64,000 nucleotides of DNA from Lama glama (Eukaryota), in assembly GCA_028534125.1 (NCBI GenBank), contig CM052817.1, forward strand, positions 10,232,001 to 10,296,000. The letters are read 5' to 3'. Below the pieces are notes generated by a model. The model was not told the origin of the DNA, ran no database searches, and saw nothing but the letters and a program-made list of their open reading frames with translations. Positions within the stretch are counted from its first letter, which is position 1. Every line of letters begins with the position of its first letter. This document shows, in pieces, positions 48,901-61,899 of this stretch. A program made the translations under genes and the position numbers.

Positions 48901-51519
48901 CTTGGCACTTGAAGCTGAGCATCCTGTGACCTTGGCAAACCTCTCCCTCTCCCTGAACACAGACTCCCCGGGCCCAGGAGGATTCAGCATCTTGCTCCTA
49001 GTCTGTCCCCCAGGATTTTCTGGAGATGAATGAAATTGAATCCACAAAACCTTCTCTGTTCCTTGGGGAACAGGGAGATGTAAGGAGAAGAAGAGAAAAG
49101 ATACCGTTAAATTAAACTATCAGTAGCCTGGCCACACAGGGACAACATTCCTGGATCCAGCCTGTCCCGTTGGAGCTGTTGACTGACTTATTTACAAAAG
49201 GGCTCAGAGCCTTTCCCCGCGGCTCCCTATATCAAGAAAGAATTGGAAAGTGATTGACAGTTTTGTCTTCCTTCTGGCAGTTCGTGTGTTTTCCCCTACA
49301 CTGCATACTCGGTGGAAATCTGTGGGACTGCGTAAGAGGGCAGACGGCATGCGATCATGTGACCAGCAACTAAGCTCCCATCCTTGACACAGGCTTAGGC
49401 GGTGATCCAGCCTGAGACAAGGATTGCTGAGTTACTGTAAAGAGAAAGCCTCTTCTAAATGCTCAGACTCCCTGGCTCTCACCACAGGCGTGGGGGACTT
49501 GACTGTGAATACTTCTGGAATCCTCTCTGCCTTGTTCTTGATTAACCATTGAGATGGCGATGTACATTTCAGCAAAATGTGAACCTCATTCTGCTCCAAG
49601 CAGAGAGCAAACTGTAAGAACTAGGCGTTGTCCTAAAACATTGATAGATGGATTCACCCATTCATTTATTTTTGTATCAAACATTGTGCAAAGTAATGAA
49701 GAGGCAGATTGAAAAACAAAATCAGTACACTGGTTCCTCACCTGGGTGTTAGATATGTGTGGACCCCTGGAGACTGTAGGCAAAAAGCAAGGGTATGCTT
49801 ATGCCCATTTATCTTGAGAGAGGATGTGCAGCTTCGATCAGATTCCGCAAAGTTTAAGAGCAACTCGTTCATGGGAAAGATCTGTTGCAAAGACTTTTGT
49901 GATAAAGCGCAGAATACATTAATTCAATCCGAGTCAGGTGGAGTGGTGATGGGATGTGCAGGTGAAATATGAATTCCCAAAGGTGGAAACACAGATGGCC
50001 CAGGTGTTAGCAGCTGGACAAGAAAAGCAGTGAAGATTTCTCCTGGAGTGTGTTTACCTGATGCCTGATAATAGAAAGGTGAAAGCAACCCTTCTGGGAG
50101 ATGAGAAGGAGCTTTTGCAGAATGCGTGGAACCACGAGTAACTTCTGGGATCATTTTTCTTTGCTAGACCTTACTGATGGTTTTCAGATTCCGTATGTAA
50201 GTGAGGGGGCAGGTGGCGTGTGGCTGTATGGGGGTGACCCTGGGGAAGTGAATTGAGACCTGAGCTTGGGCAGCCTTTTTGGTCTGTAGAGGCAGCAACT
50301 TTCCCTAAGGACACAGGCAACCACTGGAGGATTTCAAGGGGTGTGGCATGATCTGATAGGTAAGGACAGCCCCCAGCGTCTGAAACTTAAGGACCAGTCC
50401 AGCTTTCTGATCTCAGACTCGGACCCCATGCATCAGGCTCTGCTTTTTGTATGACGCTGGCTGGCGAGTTGAAAGGAAATCCTGTGTCCTTGGTGCGTCC
50501 CTTTCCCACCGTGCATAGAGATTGTCAAGGGACTAGTGCTAGGGTAAAGACAGCTGCCAGCTCACAGCCTTGTTCTTCAGACACTAACATGGCCAGCAGA
50601 CTCCTGGAACTGCATTTTCTCACATGATTAGATAACAAATGTGTGATGCCTTGAGTCTTTATAAACACCTGCTTACAGACAATGAAGACATGGAAAACAG
50701 AGTTTCAAAATAAAGACCTGCTTTCAGAAATAATTTTGACATATTTTTGAGTTAGCCAGGTGTGATTTTCTGCACAAATTTTCTGAAATCTTGGAACAAA
50801 ACATTAAGGGACTCTTAGGAGTGGGGTGGACGCTGTCCTGGAATGCATTAGACTTCAGAGGCCAGAGACAGTTGGGTTAACCCTTGGATTCCTGGGATTT
50901 ATGATATTCTTAATCAGGAAGAAGGATCTGCAAGATTTCTTCCAATTTCAAATGAAGGCAAAATTTATGTGCGGTCGGGTGAATTGGCCATCTCTTTCTA
51001 GAAAAGGCCATTTCATTTTCAGCCTTCATTTAGAGTTGGGAGTGATTTATCCCCTCGGTTAAGTGCCACAGAGTCGATCTTGAACCAAGGTGTATGTGAG
51101 ACGTTTGTTGGGCTGTAGCATAAGCCAGATGGCGTGCCTGCTCCCAGTGGGCCCCATGGTCCTGTCTCCCCATCAAGCCACTGCCAGGCGGCACAGATTT
51201 GCACTCAAAGCAGTGCCAGTCCCAAACCCAGAATAAGTGCAAAACAATGAAACTTCTACCAAAACCTCCGCAAGAATTCCAAAGAATCACAATCCCATTC
51301 TCAGGAAAACGTTTTGAAATCTAGAGTTTCCATCTTGCCATATAGATTTTGCTGGCATGGTTCATTCCAACCTCTGCTTCCCTCTACATTGCTCATAAAA
51401 CTCTTTCTAAATGGAGGCCTGGCAGATTCTCACTTTTTTGTCTCCTCCCCTTCAGGTCTTTGTCACGTCAATCAAAATCATCCTCCTCCCTTCATTACCT
51501 GCATCGAGTCAGACCAAGA

Positions 51520-51865
51520 AAACCAGGAGTGACCTTCACCAAGTCTTCCTTCTTCAGCAACAGGATGTCGGGGTGGTCAGGAGGAGATCTGAGTTCTCAG
51601 CCCGGGCTCGCTGCCTCTGTCCTGGTCATGAGAACAAGCCGAGAAACCTGTGGGAGATGAGACTGTACGAAGCATCCTTGACCATCCAGGCCCCGGCTTA
51701 CACAGCAGCTAACGACAGGCCATGAGCAATTCCGGGAAAGATCTGCTGAGCCTATTCCCAGTCAACAAAACCACCCAGCTGTCCCGCAGAACTGTGAGAT
51801 TCAAAGCTAGTCTGTCATTTTAAGCCACTGAGTTTTGTGGTGGGTTTTTGTTATGAAGCAGTACT
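51520..51865 (+). mobile_element. MLT1-type LTR fragment
   Basis: ccacccagctg...gaactgtgaga...gtcattttaagccactgagttttgtggtgg...gttatgaagca. Confidence 0.65.
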
Positions 51866-52089
51866 GAGGCGATAGATAGCAGATGACGGCTGTCTACTGT
51901 CCTAAATGCATCACAAATCAGGCTAAGTCTAACTTCAGTTTCATCCTCATCCTAAAGCAATCTCTTTGCCCATGTAAGCCTACGTGATTTTCCTCTTAGC
52001 CAAATTTCTTCAACATAGAATTAGGGATCAGTCTCGGTGTTGTCGTGGGACTTCTCCTATTTTTCTCACGTACGTTAAGAGGCTCAGTA

Positions 52090-52581
52090 TCGTAGACAGA
52101 ACAATTTCCCCTCCTTCCCTCCTAAGTTCTTTGGCTGGCCTGATAATAAAATTGACATAAGACAGATTAACAGGAGAAAAACAAATTTAATTTCGTTCTT
52201 ACAGGAGCCCCATAAAACTATGTGACTCAAAAAAGTGACCAAAGCACTCTACCTTTTAGACAAAAAAACCGTAAATTCATAGAGAATTGACCAGACAAAA
52301 GGTTTTGGCCTTGAGGTAATAAATTAGTGAAGAAATAACAAGATTTGTTTGTTCAGCCTCCTCAGACCTAAATTCCCTATTTCTGCTAATAAGGATGCCT
52401 TCTGCCCTCCTGGTGCAGGAGAGTACCTTTCACAGGGGAGATTTATCTCCTGCTTTCAGAGGGACAAAGGAGGGTCAGCGTGTCCTTCTTGTACTGGCTG
52501 TTTCTTGGGTCACTTTAATTCAAGATAATCAATATGCCAAAGTGACACATTTTGGGGGGCATCTTCTGCTCCCCTTCCTCA
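52090..52581 (-). mobile_element. MER34/MER39-like ERV1 solo LTR
   Basis: aaattgacataagacagattaacaggagaaaaacaaatttaattt...tttatctcctgctttcag...ttcaagataatcaatatgccaaagtg. Confidence 0.75.
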
Positions 52582-53479
52582 TGCTGCCTCGCTACCCTGC
52601 CTCCACCCAAATCGTGTCCCCTTGCAACATCTCATGATGTAACACCATCATAACCCACAGGAGAAAAGAACTTTTTAACTGTCTCCATAATGTCAAGAAT
52701 ATCATTTGTTATACCTAACTCATGCATTTTGCTACATGACAGAGTAAAGCTGTCAACATTTTTGTCGAGAGAAATAAAAAGCAAAGAAAACAGCTGAGTG
52801 CTATCCAAGTGGGTAGAAGCCCCCCAGGCTAGATGGTGCTAGTCTCTCCTGTCCCCAGCCTCCCACCCCGTGTCTGGGAACTCTTCTTTAGGAGACGGCA
52901 AGCTTCCTGAGATTAGCATCCTTTGTCTTCCTTTTACCGCTCTTTTAAGATCTCAGGGGGCACCAAGACATAGGCCATTATAAATGATTGCTGACTGACT
53001 ACTTGATGGATACCTTAAATGATGTAGCAATGTCCCCTCCTGCCCCCAGTGGATGGACATTTTGCAATTCTTGCTTGCTTTGTCCTCTTCCCCTCATTTC
53101 TCCTTGATTACTGCCAGGGAAGTTTCCTCCATCCCAACTCCAGGGAGCCCGTTTTATTTCTTAATTACTTTCCCTGCTGAGAACATTCCTGTCTTGCTGT
53201 ATCTAACCCAAATTTCCCCTCCGTAGCTTCGGGCCATTGTTCCTTAGTCTAAATCCTCTGAAAGGAAGAATAATTCCCTTGATTAATTTATATTGTAATC
53301 TCGAAGCTGTTTATACATCACAATTTCTGCTTCCCCTGGAGTCTCTTTTTGCTAGATTAGAGGAATAAGATTTCTCTCTCTCCATTTCTTCTCCATACCT
53401 AAATTTTTGGTTTACAAACCTCTGAGATCTTTCTAGGTGCTGTCTTGAGATATTTTTCTTTCCGGGCTGCTGTATAATA

Positions 53480-53720
53480 ATTGCTCTCATTTATTGAATA
53501 TTTACTCTAGGCGCGAGGCAGCAGGCCAAGTGTTTCCACACACATTATTTTGTTTGACTCTCAGAGCAAGGCAAGGGCTGTTATTAACCTGAGTTAATCT
53601 ATGAAGAACCTAAGCCGAGAGAGGCTCAGTCACGTCTGAAAGTTTACACTCCTGGTTAACGGCAGAGCTGGGGCTTGAACTCCGGTCTTTTCACTCTGCG
53701 CGTGCTCTTAATCGCTGCTC
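53480..53720 (-). mobile_element. MIR SINE
   Basis: catttattgaatatttactct...gaagaacctaagccgagagagg...ggcagagctggggcttgaactccgg. Confidence 0.7.
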
Positions 53721-54704
53721 TGTGCTCTCTCCAGTACGGCCACAGCGCATGGTCTGTCTGGTGGTTCTCACCAGGCTATCTGCGTGGCGATGGTCTCCTT
53801 TTCAGTTCCCTTGTTTTCACATGTTTTTTTTTTAAAGAGTCTGTTGAGTGTGTTTGAAGATAAGTTTGAGCACATGTTGACCCTGTGAGCCTGGACAGGT
53901 TATTTTCTCATCTGTGAAACCGGAGAGTGATCGCGCTTACTCTGACGCTCAGAGGAGCTCATGTATGTGGAGGTTCAGCATAAACCCTAAGTTCCTATGC
54001 CCATCAGAATAACTTGTCTGATCACTCTGAAGGGTTTCCTTCTATTACTGTTAAATTGCTTATTTTTATTACTATTGTCATTAATTTTGAGGGTGAGAAA
54101 CTGGAGCATTGGGAGCTTGATAAATCCAGACGTATAAAAGTCGCTGAGGTTTTAGGGTACAGCATCCTAATCTGGACTCGGAATTCAGATCCGCCTTTGG
54201 CTTTTACCTCCGGCACATGTATGAGCTTGAGCTAATCCCTGGTTGTTCCACGTCCACACATTCACATAGTGTTGCACCCCAATCTTCCCTTTTGGGGTAG
54301 GTTTCTCTGGTTCCCAAGGTCTCCCTACCCTTGAGGAGAGGTGAACTGGTCCTGAGCGAACCTCCAACGTAAGGATTAGCCCTCGCTTGGAGGTGCTGTG
54401 TGCAGGGCTGCCTTCAGCCTCCCTCTTCCACTGGGAGGCTCCCTCTCTCCTGCCAGCCTTGGAGAATCGGATATCTTTGTTATTGATTTTTTTTTGTGTA
54501 TTTTAAGAGAGCCAGTGAGTTTCTTGAATGCCCTTCAGTTCTCTCATCTTCAAGGTAACAACAGTGTTACCCATTTCTCAGGCAGGATGCTGTAAAGTGG
54601 ACGAGCATCGTTCTGGCTGTGAATCAGTAGCCGAGATACTTAACCCTCCTGAGCCTGTTTTCCTTCTCTGTAAAATGAGATCATTGGACCAGGTGAGAGA
54701 TTAG

Positions 54705-55010
54705 AAGCAGAAATACCTGTGGCATCCAGACAAGTATTGTGATGATCGCAGCCGGCTGGGTGTGGGCTGAAGGCTTGGCAAGCTGGAGCTCACCTGGCCC
54801 AGGTAACGGAGGGCCGCCGCTCACCTCCCCCGTTTGTGCTGTGCGGAAAGCACACACCAGGGCTGCCGGATTTCAGATTGTTCAAAAAAATAGTTAAGGA
54901 TCTGATTTCTTGGTGACATTTCCTTTTTTTTTTTAAGCGTGGGAAACAAGTGACATTTTATAATAATTCTAAGCAAGGTGAAGTTTTGTAGACAAAACAA
55001 AAGACCTCGG
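54705..55010. mobile_element. MER102-like hAT fossil
   Basis: ccagggctgccggatttcagattgttcaaaa...ggatctgatttcttggtgacatttcc. Confidence 0.5.
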
Positions 55011-55037
55011 AAGTTGAGCTGCCAGGTGAGTGGGCTA

Positions 55038-55195
55038 CAGTGTCACTTTAGAAGGTGCATGTGAATCGCCTGGGAATTTGCTGACAGAGTCTGATTCAGG
55101 AGGTCTGGAACCTACAACCTAAGACTGGGGGTTGCTAACAAGCTTCCCGGTAACGGGATGCAGCTGGTCCAGGGCCACGGCTAAAGCAGCATGAA
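55038..55195. mobile_element. MER5A-like hAT MITE
   Basis: gaatcgcctgggaatttg...cagagtctgattcaggaggtctgg...ctaacaagcttcccgg...gctggtccagggccac. Confidence 0.7.
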
Positions 55196-55649
55196 GGCTA
55201 GATGATCTCAGGAATAGGTTCCCTTCATCCTGAACAGTCAGTATGCTGCTGAGATTCTTCATCCTCATTAGGTTCACCTCCACTGGACTCTCTCCCACCT
55301 TGACCGGCATCCCATTGCTCTGTCCCTCTGGGTTGGGCCCCTCCCACACAACATCCTGAATTCCCTTGGACTTTCAAATAATTATAGGCTCATTTGGTGA
55401 TTTAGGATGCTTGGTTTGCTGGATATTGTAAAAGATACAACCTGATGTAAGAGCATCCCAGATTTTTCAAGGATGCATGAATGGGAGGTATCGTAGGATG
55501 CTAAGAGCCCATGAAGGGAGCTGAGCTCACTAAATGGGAAACATGGAGATCTCTGTACAGAAAATGAGGGTCACAATTTCAAACGTAGGCTTTTGGTCTA
55601 TCCTGATAAAGTCCCCATAATAAGAGTCGTTCTGCTGATACAGGGTGGA

Positions 55650-56250
55650 AATGTATTCATTCAGCTGTTTGATAAATACTCTTTGTCTATGATATGCCAG
55701 GCAACAGTCTACATGCTGGGGCTGTATCAGTGAGCAGGACAAAATTACTTGCTCTAATGGAGCTACCTTCTGATGAGAGAAACAGATAAGAAATCAGTGA
55801 ACAAACAAATACATAATATGTCAGCAGTCATAAGTGCTATGAAGCAAAGAATTAATCAGGGTTGAGGGGAAGAGTGGGAGTGATTTTAAACAGAGTGGTT
55901 GGAAAAAATGTCTCTGGGAAGTGATGTTTGAGCAGAGACGTGGATCATACGAAGGAGCAAGGCATGCAGAGTTCTAGGGGAGGAACAGTCCATGCAGGGG
56001 GAAGAGCTGGTGCTGGGGTCCTCACGTGGGAACAACCTAGGAGTGTCCAAGAAGCAGCAGAAGTCCAGTGCGGCCCGGGTGAAATTAGCAAGGGCAGAGG
56101 TGGCAGGAGGCGAAGTCAGCAAGGGAGGCGGGGCTGCCCGGAGCCTGGGAAGCTTCGGGAAGGCTGAGTTCTATTCTAAGCATGATGGGAAATCACAAGA
56201 TCACAGGAAGCTTATGAGCAGGGGGCTGATCTTTGATTTGTGCTTTTGAT
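55650..56250 (-). mobile_element. L2 fragment
   Basis: attcattcagc...aaatact...tgccaggc...tgctgggg...taagtgctatgaagcaaa...gtgatgtttgagcagagac...ttctattctaagcatgatgggaa. Confidence 0.8.
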
Positions 56251-56264
56251 GAGATTACAAAGTG

Positions 56265-56405
56265 CTGAGAATCTGTAAGTCAGGCCATAGTCTGTTTTTA
56301 TAAATAAAGTTTTATTGGAACACAACCATACCCATTAAATTACATATCACCTCTGGCTGATTTGGACTGCAAAGATAGAATTTAGTAGTTGCAACAGACT
56401 TGCTA
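56265..56405. mobile_element. MER58A-like hAT MITE
   Basis: ctgtttttataaataaagttttattggaacacaaccatacccatt...agtagttgcaacaga. Confidence 0.8.
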
Positions 56406-56934
56406 GTCCATCCTCTATGTGGGCACCAGAGGGACCTGCCTATGAGGCAAATCTGACAACACCAGGCTGGCCTCACTTGCAGCAGTGGTCCTCCATCACC
56501 CACAGGCCAAGTCCAAGCTCCTTCCCACGGTATCCAGGTCTTCCGTGCTCTGGCTCCAGCCGCACCTTCTGCTCTGTGCCTTATGATCGATGACCTGGGA
56601 ATGCTGAACTTCATGCTGTTTTCCTTCTGTGTTTCTGTCTGACTCTTCCCTTTGTCTGAAATGCTCTCCTTCCCTGGCCCCTACCCTCATTAGTTTATCT
56701 CCTCTTTATCCTTTAAGGCTCCATGTGGGTGTCTCATCCTCAGAGAACATTCTCTGCCCTGTCCATGCAGCCCCTTTCCCCCTGGGACATGCGGGGACCC
56801 CTCTTCAGGTTTCCTGGACTACTTCCTGTATATATTTACACTGCCTTCTGAGTTTCTGTTCATCTGTCTCCATCCATTAGCATGAAACCAACGCCAACTC
56901 ACCTAAATAATGAGGAACTAGAACACAGACCCCT

Positions 56935-57380
56935 GCTGCTGGGAAGGCAGAGGCTGGCTGGGCTTCAGAGCTGGCCTGATCTGGAAGCTTCTGCTCAGTT
57001 TCTCTGTGCTTCTTTTGGCCCTGTAGTCCTCTAGGTGCTGGCTTCATCTTCAAGTTGGACACGGGATGGCGGTAATGGTTTCAGTGCCTCCCATAGCTAG
57101 AAGGAGACAGCGAACTTTCCTTCTTAATTTCATTGATCTCTGGGGTCAGGTGTCTGCTTCTGAATCAGCCTTGCTCGCTGGGAGGGCCACGTGCTGACTG
57201 GCTCAGGCTACTCACTGGCAAGGCTAACTGGGGTCCTTAGAAGCCTTGTACCAAGTCCTCAAGCCAGGAAAGAGGTCAGCCTGTTCTGGGGCCCGGGGGT
57301 GGCACAAGGCAGGTAACTGAACAATAGCAGGGATCTGTTAGGAAGGAGGAAGGGGCTGGATGCTGAGCAGGCCATCTAGG
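56935..57380 (-). mobile_element. MLT1-type LTR (degenerate)
   Basis: gctggcttcatcttc...tcattgatctctggggtcaggtgtctg...tgctgactggctcaggc...gatctgttaggaaggaggaagggg. Confidence 0.5.
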
Positions 57381-58049
57381 ATGCCCCGTGCTGTGTACCC
57401 ACTGTTAGGTGAGACTCCTTGGAGACAGTGATGCTGCCCTTTTTCATCTTTACGCCCCCAGTGCTGGGCCCAGTGCCTAACATAACGTAGACATCCAGGA
57501 AAAGTGTGATGAATGACTGAATTACAATGACATTAAATATAATTTAATTAGAAAGAAGACAACTTCAGAGGAAAGCCACACTTGGGCCAAATGCAGAAAA
57601 TCAATATTTATTTCACACCACCTTCTTTTCTATCTGCAGAACCAACCTTGCCCTTTGTTATTCCTGATCATTTGTGTTCTCTTAATTATAGAAATGTCAT
57701 CATCAATGGTTAAAATTAAGTAGGGGCCTCGTGGACAAAGATTCAAAGGATGACGAGAGTGCAGACTGACAGGCAGCGAAGGGAACGTGTGAGGCGCCAC
57801 GGTCCGTGCCTTCTGCTGGGTCCTGCTGAGGGCCATTGCTCAGAGTAACTACTGAAGCCAGAAATTCACTGAGTTCAGATAATATCCAAGTGTTCTGAAG
57901 CTGTTGAGTGAATTATTCCTAGAAACCTTAATCAGAGTCCCTCAGGAGACAAAAACGTTTAGGCTAAGTTAATATACGTTTCAGCACTCAGCATCATGGC
58001 CTGGGCCTGCAGGAGGGTGGTGGAAGTCTCTCTCTGCTGGTCAGCAACC

Positions 58050-58500
58050 ATCTGTGCGAGCAGTGTTTGGTTACAAGGGATGTGAAACCCACTGGAACCA
58101 GCCTAAGGTCCTCAAGCTGCTCTCAGAGTCAAAGGAAAAGCTGAAATCCAGGCCTTGGGAAATAAGACCAGATACAGGCACTTTGGGAACTAGACAAAAG
58201 GGTCTGAACTCCACCAAGATCCACGTCCTCTCCTCTTGCTCTTCGTCTCTCTGGTTTCGGGCACCATCCCCTCTCGTGGATGCCTGTACAAGACTGGCAG
58301 CGCTGTGCCCACAGCTCTTCGCTTTCCTTTTTCTCTGGCCGACCTCCAGAGAGACAAAAACTCTCAGGCGATTCTCTGATTGGACTGAACTTGGGTAATA
58401 TCCACACAGTCTGGACTTGTCAGTGGCCGTGGGCTAAGGTCCCGTTGCTGGGCCAGCTTGGGCTGGAGACCTCCCCTCTGGCCAGTTACTGTGTCCAGTG
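58050..58500 (-). mobile_element. MLT1-type LTR (degenerate)
   Basis: tttggttacaaggga...gaaacccactggaaccagc...attctctgattggactgaacttgggt. Confidence 0.45.
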
Positions 58501-59851
58501 AGCTAAGTTTATGTACCTCCTTCTGCATCTGATGGTGGGGGTGGGGTGTGGGGGCTGGCATATGAGGAGGTGAGCACAGATCCTGGAGCTACTTTTTAGC
58601 TAAACAACCTTGGACAAGTTGCCTCACCCCCCGTGCCCAAATCTGTCACTTATGTGAAAATGGGGATGCTAGTAATAATACGGAGATTGTGATGTGTGTG
58701 TATATATATTTAATATATATATTTCATATATGTGTAAGGACTAAACACTATGAGTGCATGCATAATGTTAATTTTCACAATGTCACAATGTCAGTATTAC
58801 TATTATTGGGGGTGATGGAGATAATTGGAGATAAAAATGGGGATAATAATGATACATATATCATGAGAACTAGATAGAGACGTACATAGAATAAGTGAAG
58901 TGAAAAATGCATGTGTCAGCACTAAACACTTTCTCTCTCCATGAGTATCCTTGTACATATATGTATATGTGTATAATATTCATCTGTTCTCCAGCATCCA
59001 TGCTATTATCATCCTCATTGCTTAGAACCATGTCTGACATATATGAAATGTTACATTAGTGTGATGGCCTATTAGCCATGAACTGGAACTGGGGCAGGGC
59101 TGGGAGGAGCAGTTCTCCAAAAGAAGTCAGAGTTTTGGGTTAACCTTGCCTGTTTCTCCAAAAGGCAGTGGTCCAGATGGGTAGCCCTGTCCCTTGAGCT
59201 CAGTTGCCTGCTACTTGGGTTCCCTGGACACTACTGGATTTGAATCCAGGAGGACTCAATTCTGGGTCATCTGAGTCACTCCCCTGGGGCATTTTCAGTC
59301 CTTCTGACTAAGGCCAGGCTTGGCATGTGGGGCTGTACCTTTGCAGAAAGTCAAGAGTCCTGTCTCTTCTTCCCAGGCCATTGTCATTGTCAGCGCAAGT
59401 ATGCAACTCTAGGTTGAAAAGCAGCTCTTCATTCTCCAGAATCATGCATCAGTGCATAATGTGACAAGCTTTCTTGCCTCCTGTCCTCTTGATCTTTCAG
59501 GCCAAGGTTAAGGACACCATGAAATATCTTGCTTTGTGTAGTTTGTTACATGTGGGAATCACTCTACTTGGGATAACTGTAGTTAGCATTAAGCCATAGT
59601 CATTCTTTACAAGCACTACGAACAGATTTGAAAGAACATGTTGGACCAACAAGCACACAGTGCAGCACGATACCCTTGGTTGATAGAGGCATCGGACAGA
59701 TCCCATCTCTGTTTTCCCAGAGTGAGTGGCCTTGTGAATGAGTTTCCTGGCTCCAAGGACTGAGTAATTGTCAAAAACATGTGGAACTGTGGCACCCAAA
59801 GTCTTCAATGTTTTCCCCAACTCCTTGAATAAAATTTGCAGTCCTTATCAG

Positions 59852-60032
59852 AGCCTGTATGGTGACCTCTAGCCACATGTCGCTATTTAATTCAATTAGG
59901 ATTAAAATTATAAGCTGGGTTCCTCAGTGGCACTGGCCTCATTTAGATGCTGACTTGCCGCATCTGTATCGGACTGCACAGATACAGAAGATTGCCGTCA
60001 TCCCAGAAAGTTCCGTTGGGTGGCCCCGCTGT
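59852..60032. mobile_element. MER3/MER33-like hAT MITE
   Basis: atggtgacctctagccacatgtcgctattta...ttcctcagtggcactggcc...gcacagatacagaagattgccgtcatcccagaaagttc. Confidence 0.75.
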
Positions 60033-60179
60033 GCGTGGCCTTGCCCTGACCACCTCACAGCATCACCTTGGGACACCTTCTTTCATTTCAGTCCATCTTT
60101 TAGTTTCTCCAATGCACTTAACTCTTCCATGATCATTCATACTTCGCCCCTCTTTACCTCTGTAACTCATCGGGTGTCA

Positions 60180-60435
60180 AAGTACATGCCACCTCCTTCA
60201 AGATTTCATACAGGAGCCCCACCTCCAATCTAAACTTGGTCCCTCTCAGTCCCTCTCATAGCAGCTTGTCTTTTCTTTCATAACACTCAGATTTATGTAG
60301 GTTTTTAGGTGTTTTCATGGGCAATGCCTAACTTTCCCTTTAAGCTGTAGGCTCATGAGAACAGCCATGTGTCAATACTTTAACCCCAGTGTCCAACACA
60401 TAGGAGATGCTCAGTAAATGCTTGTTGAATGAATT
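60180..60435 (+). mobile_element. L2 3' fragment
   Basis: ctgtaggctcatgagaacag...acataggagatgctcagtaaatgcttgttgaatgaat. Confidence 0.7.
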
Positions 60436-61326
60436 CATGATGCAACGAGTTCTCGCATGCTATTTCCATGTGGCATCTTCTTCCTCTCCTTACCCTGAAG
60501 AGGGTCACCTTCGGATTCCTCTGGGGTTCGCTCTTCCAAGCCAGGCTGCTGGGGCCTCGCGCTGTGCATGTCTGTGCCATACCCACCCAGTGGGATGCAA
60601 GGTTTCCCTGGGAAGCGGGAGCCCAGTTGGCAGAGTGAACTAAACTTTCTCGTCCATGGTCTACCGCTTGTTTATTTCTCATAATAATAATTGGCAGGGT
60701 AAAATATTTTAATTCTCCTATAGCTACGTAATTAATATGTCTACATTAGAAAACAATTATCCTTGATAATTACCACGGGTGCTCCGGCTCGTAAGCTGAA
60801 CACTAGTCTCGCTAACGAACTGAATGAGACATAATTTCTTGTTGTTCAAAGAGACGATCAACTCTAATCAGCAGTAAATTCAATCAAAACTTACTGACAT
60901 CAATTGAGATCATATTAGAGTTTGTAAAAATAGGATCATTACGCTCATCTTGTAAGTTGCAGGCATTGTAACAACTCTGAAATGGGGGCCTATTTGAATG
61001 CACACTTATGTCGGCGGGCTCCGTGCTGGCAGATGTGGAAATATATAATCTGCATAAATAAATTAGGAGTCTTTTTTTCCCTTCATAGCTCTTTAGTTTT
61101 GTGGATTCAATTAATTTGATTTATTTTTTCAACTTTATTGAGCTCAGAATAGCAGGCCAAGCAAGTGTGAGTAGTGGGGTACTGAGGCAGGACAGCCCAG
61201 GAGACATAGTTCTCGGTGTTACTTCCTTTTTTATCTCCCTTTATTCTTTAAAGGGAAATTTAATAGTGGTTAAGATGATGGATGCCAGAGCTACGCTGGC
61301 TGGGTCCCAGCTCCACATTCAGAGGC

Positions 61327-61689
61327 TGTGTCTAGGCCATGGGTAGGGGTCATGGGGGTGCTCTGTTCTCAGCCCCTTGAGTCCCTTCACAGGAGGTGCC
61401 CTGTGATGGCCCTGAGCCAATGACTGAGGGACACAGGCGTGCACAGGTCCGGCTCTCTTGTCTTGGGCTGGCACAAGTCTGAGATCGCTTGCACTCCAGG
61501 GTGTACGTGCAAGTTCAGGCATATGCTGCTCCCCAGACTTCGCTGGATTTCTTACCTTTTGTTCGTCTTCCTCTCCTGTCCGTCCTATTTCCCTGCCCCG
61601 TCCCAGCTCTCTGAAAGGCCCCCTTCCCACATCACTCGCACTGAATCCTCTCTGGCAACTTCTCTTGCTGGGGAGCCTGACAGAAGACA
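61327..61689 (+). mobile_element. LTR16-like (ERV-L) solo LTR inserted in a MIR
   Basis: gagccaatgactga...cactcgcactgaatcc...ctggggagcctgacagaagaca; MIR halves at ~61260-61325 and ~61690-61840. Confidence 0.6.
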
Positions 61690-61899
61690 GTGAGTCCCTT
61701 CAGTGTCCGAGCTTCACTTTCCTCTCTGGTCTGGAGATGATAACAGGACTTTGCTCACGGGCTGGTGTGAGGTCATTTCATGGGAAGAACATAGGGCTGT
61801 GTCTGGCAGGCCCTACAAGGAAGTTAGATATTAGCGGTTTCTGATGTTTCTGAAATAAAAATACTGCCCTAAGACAATGTAGGATTTCCTGACGAGATC

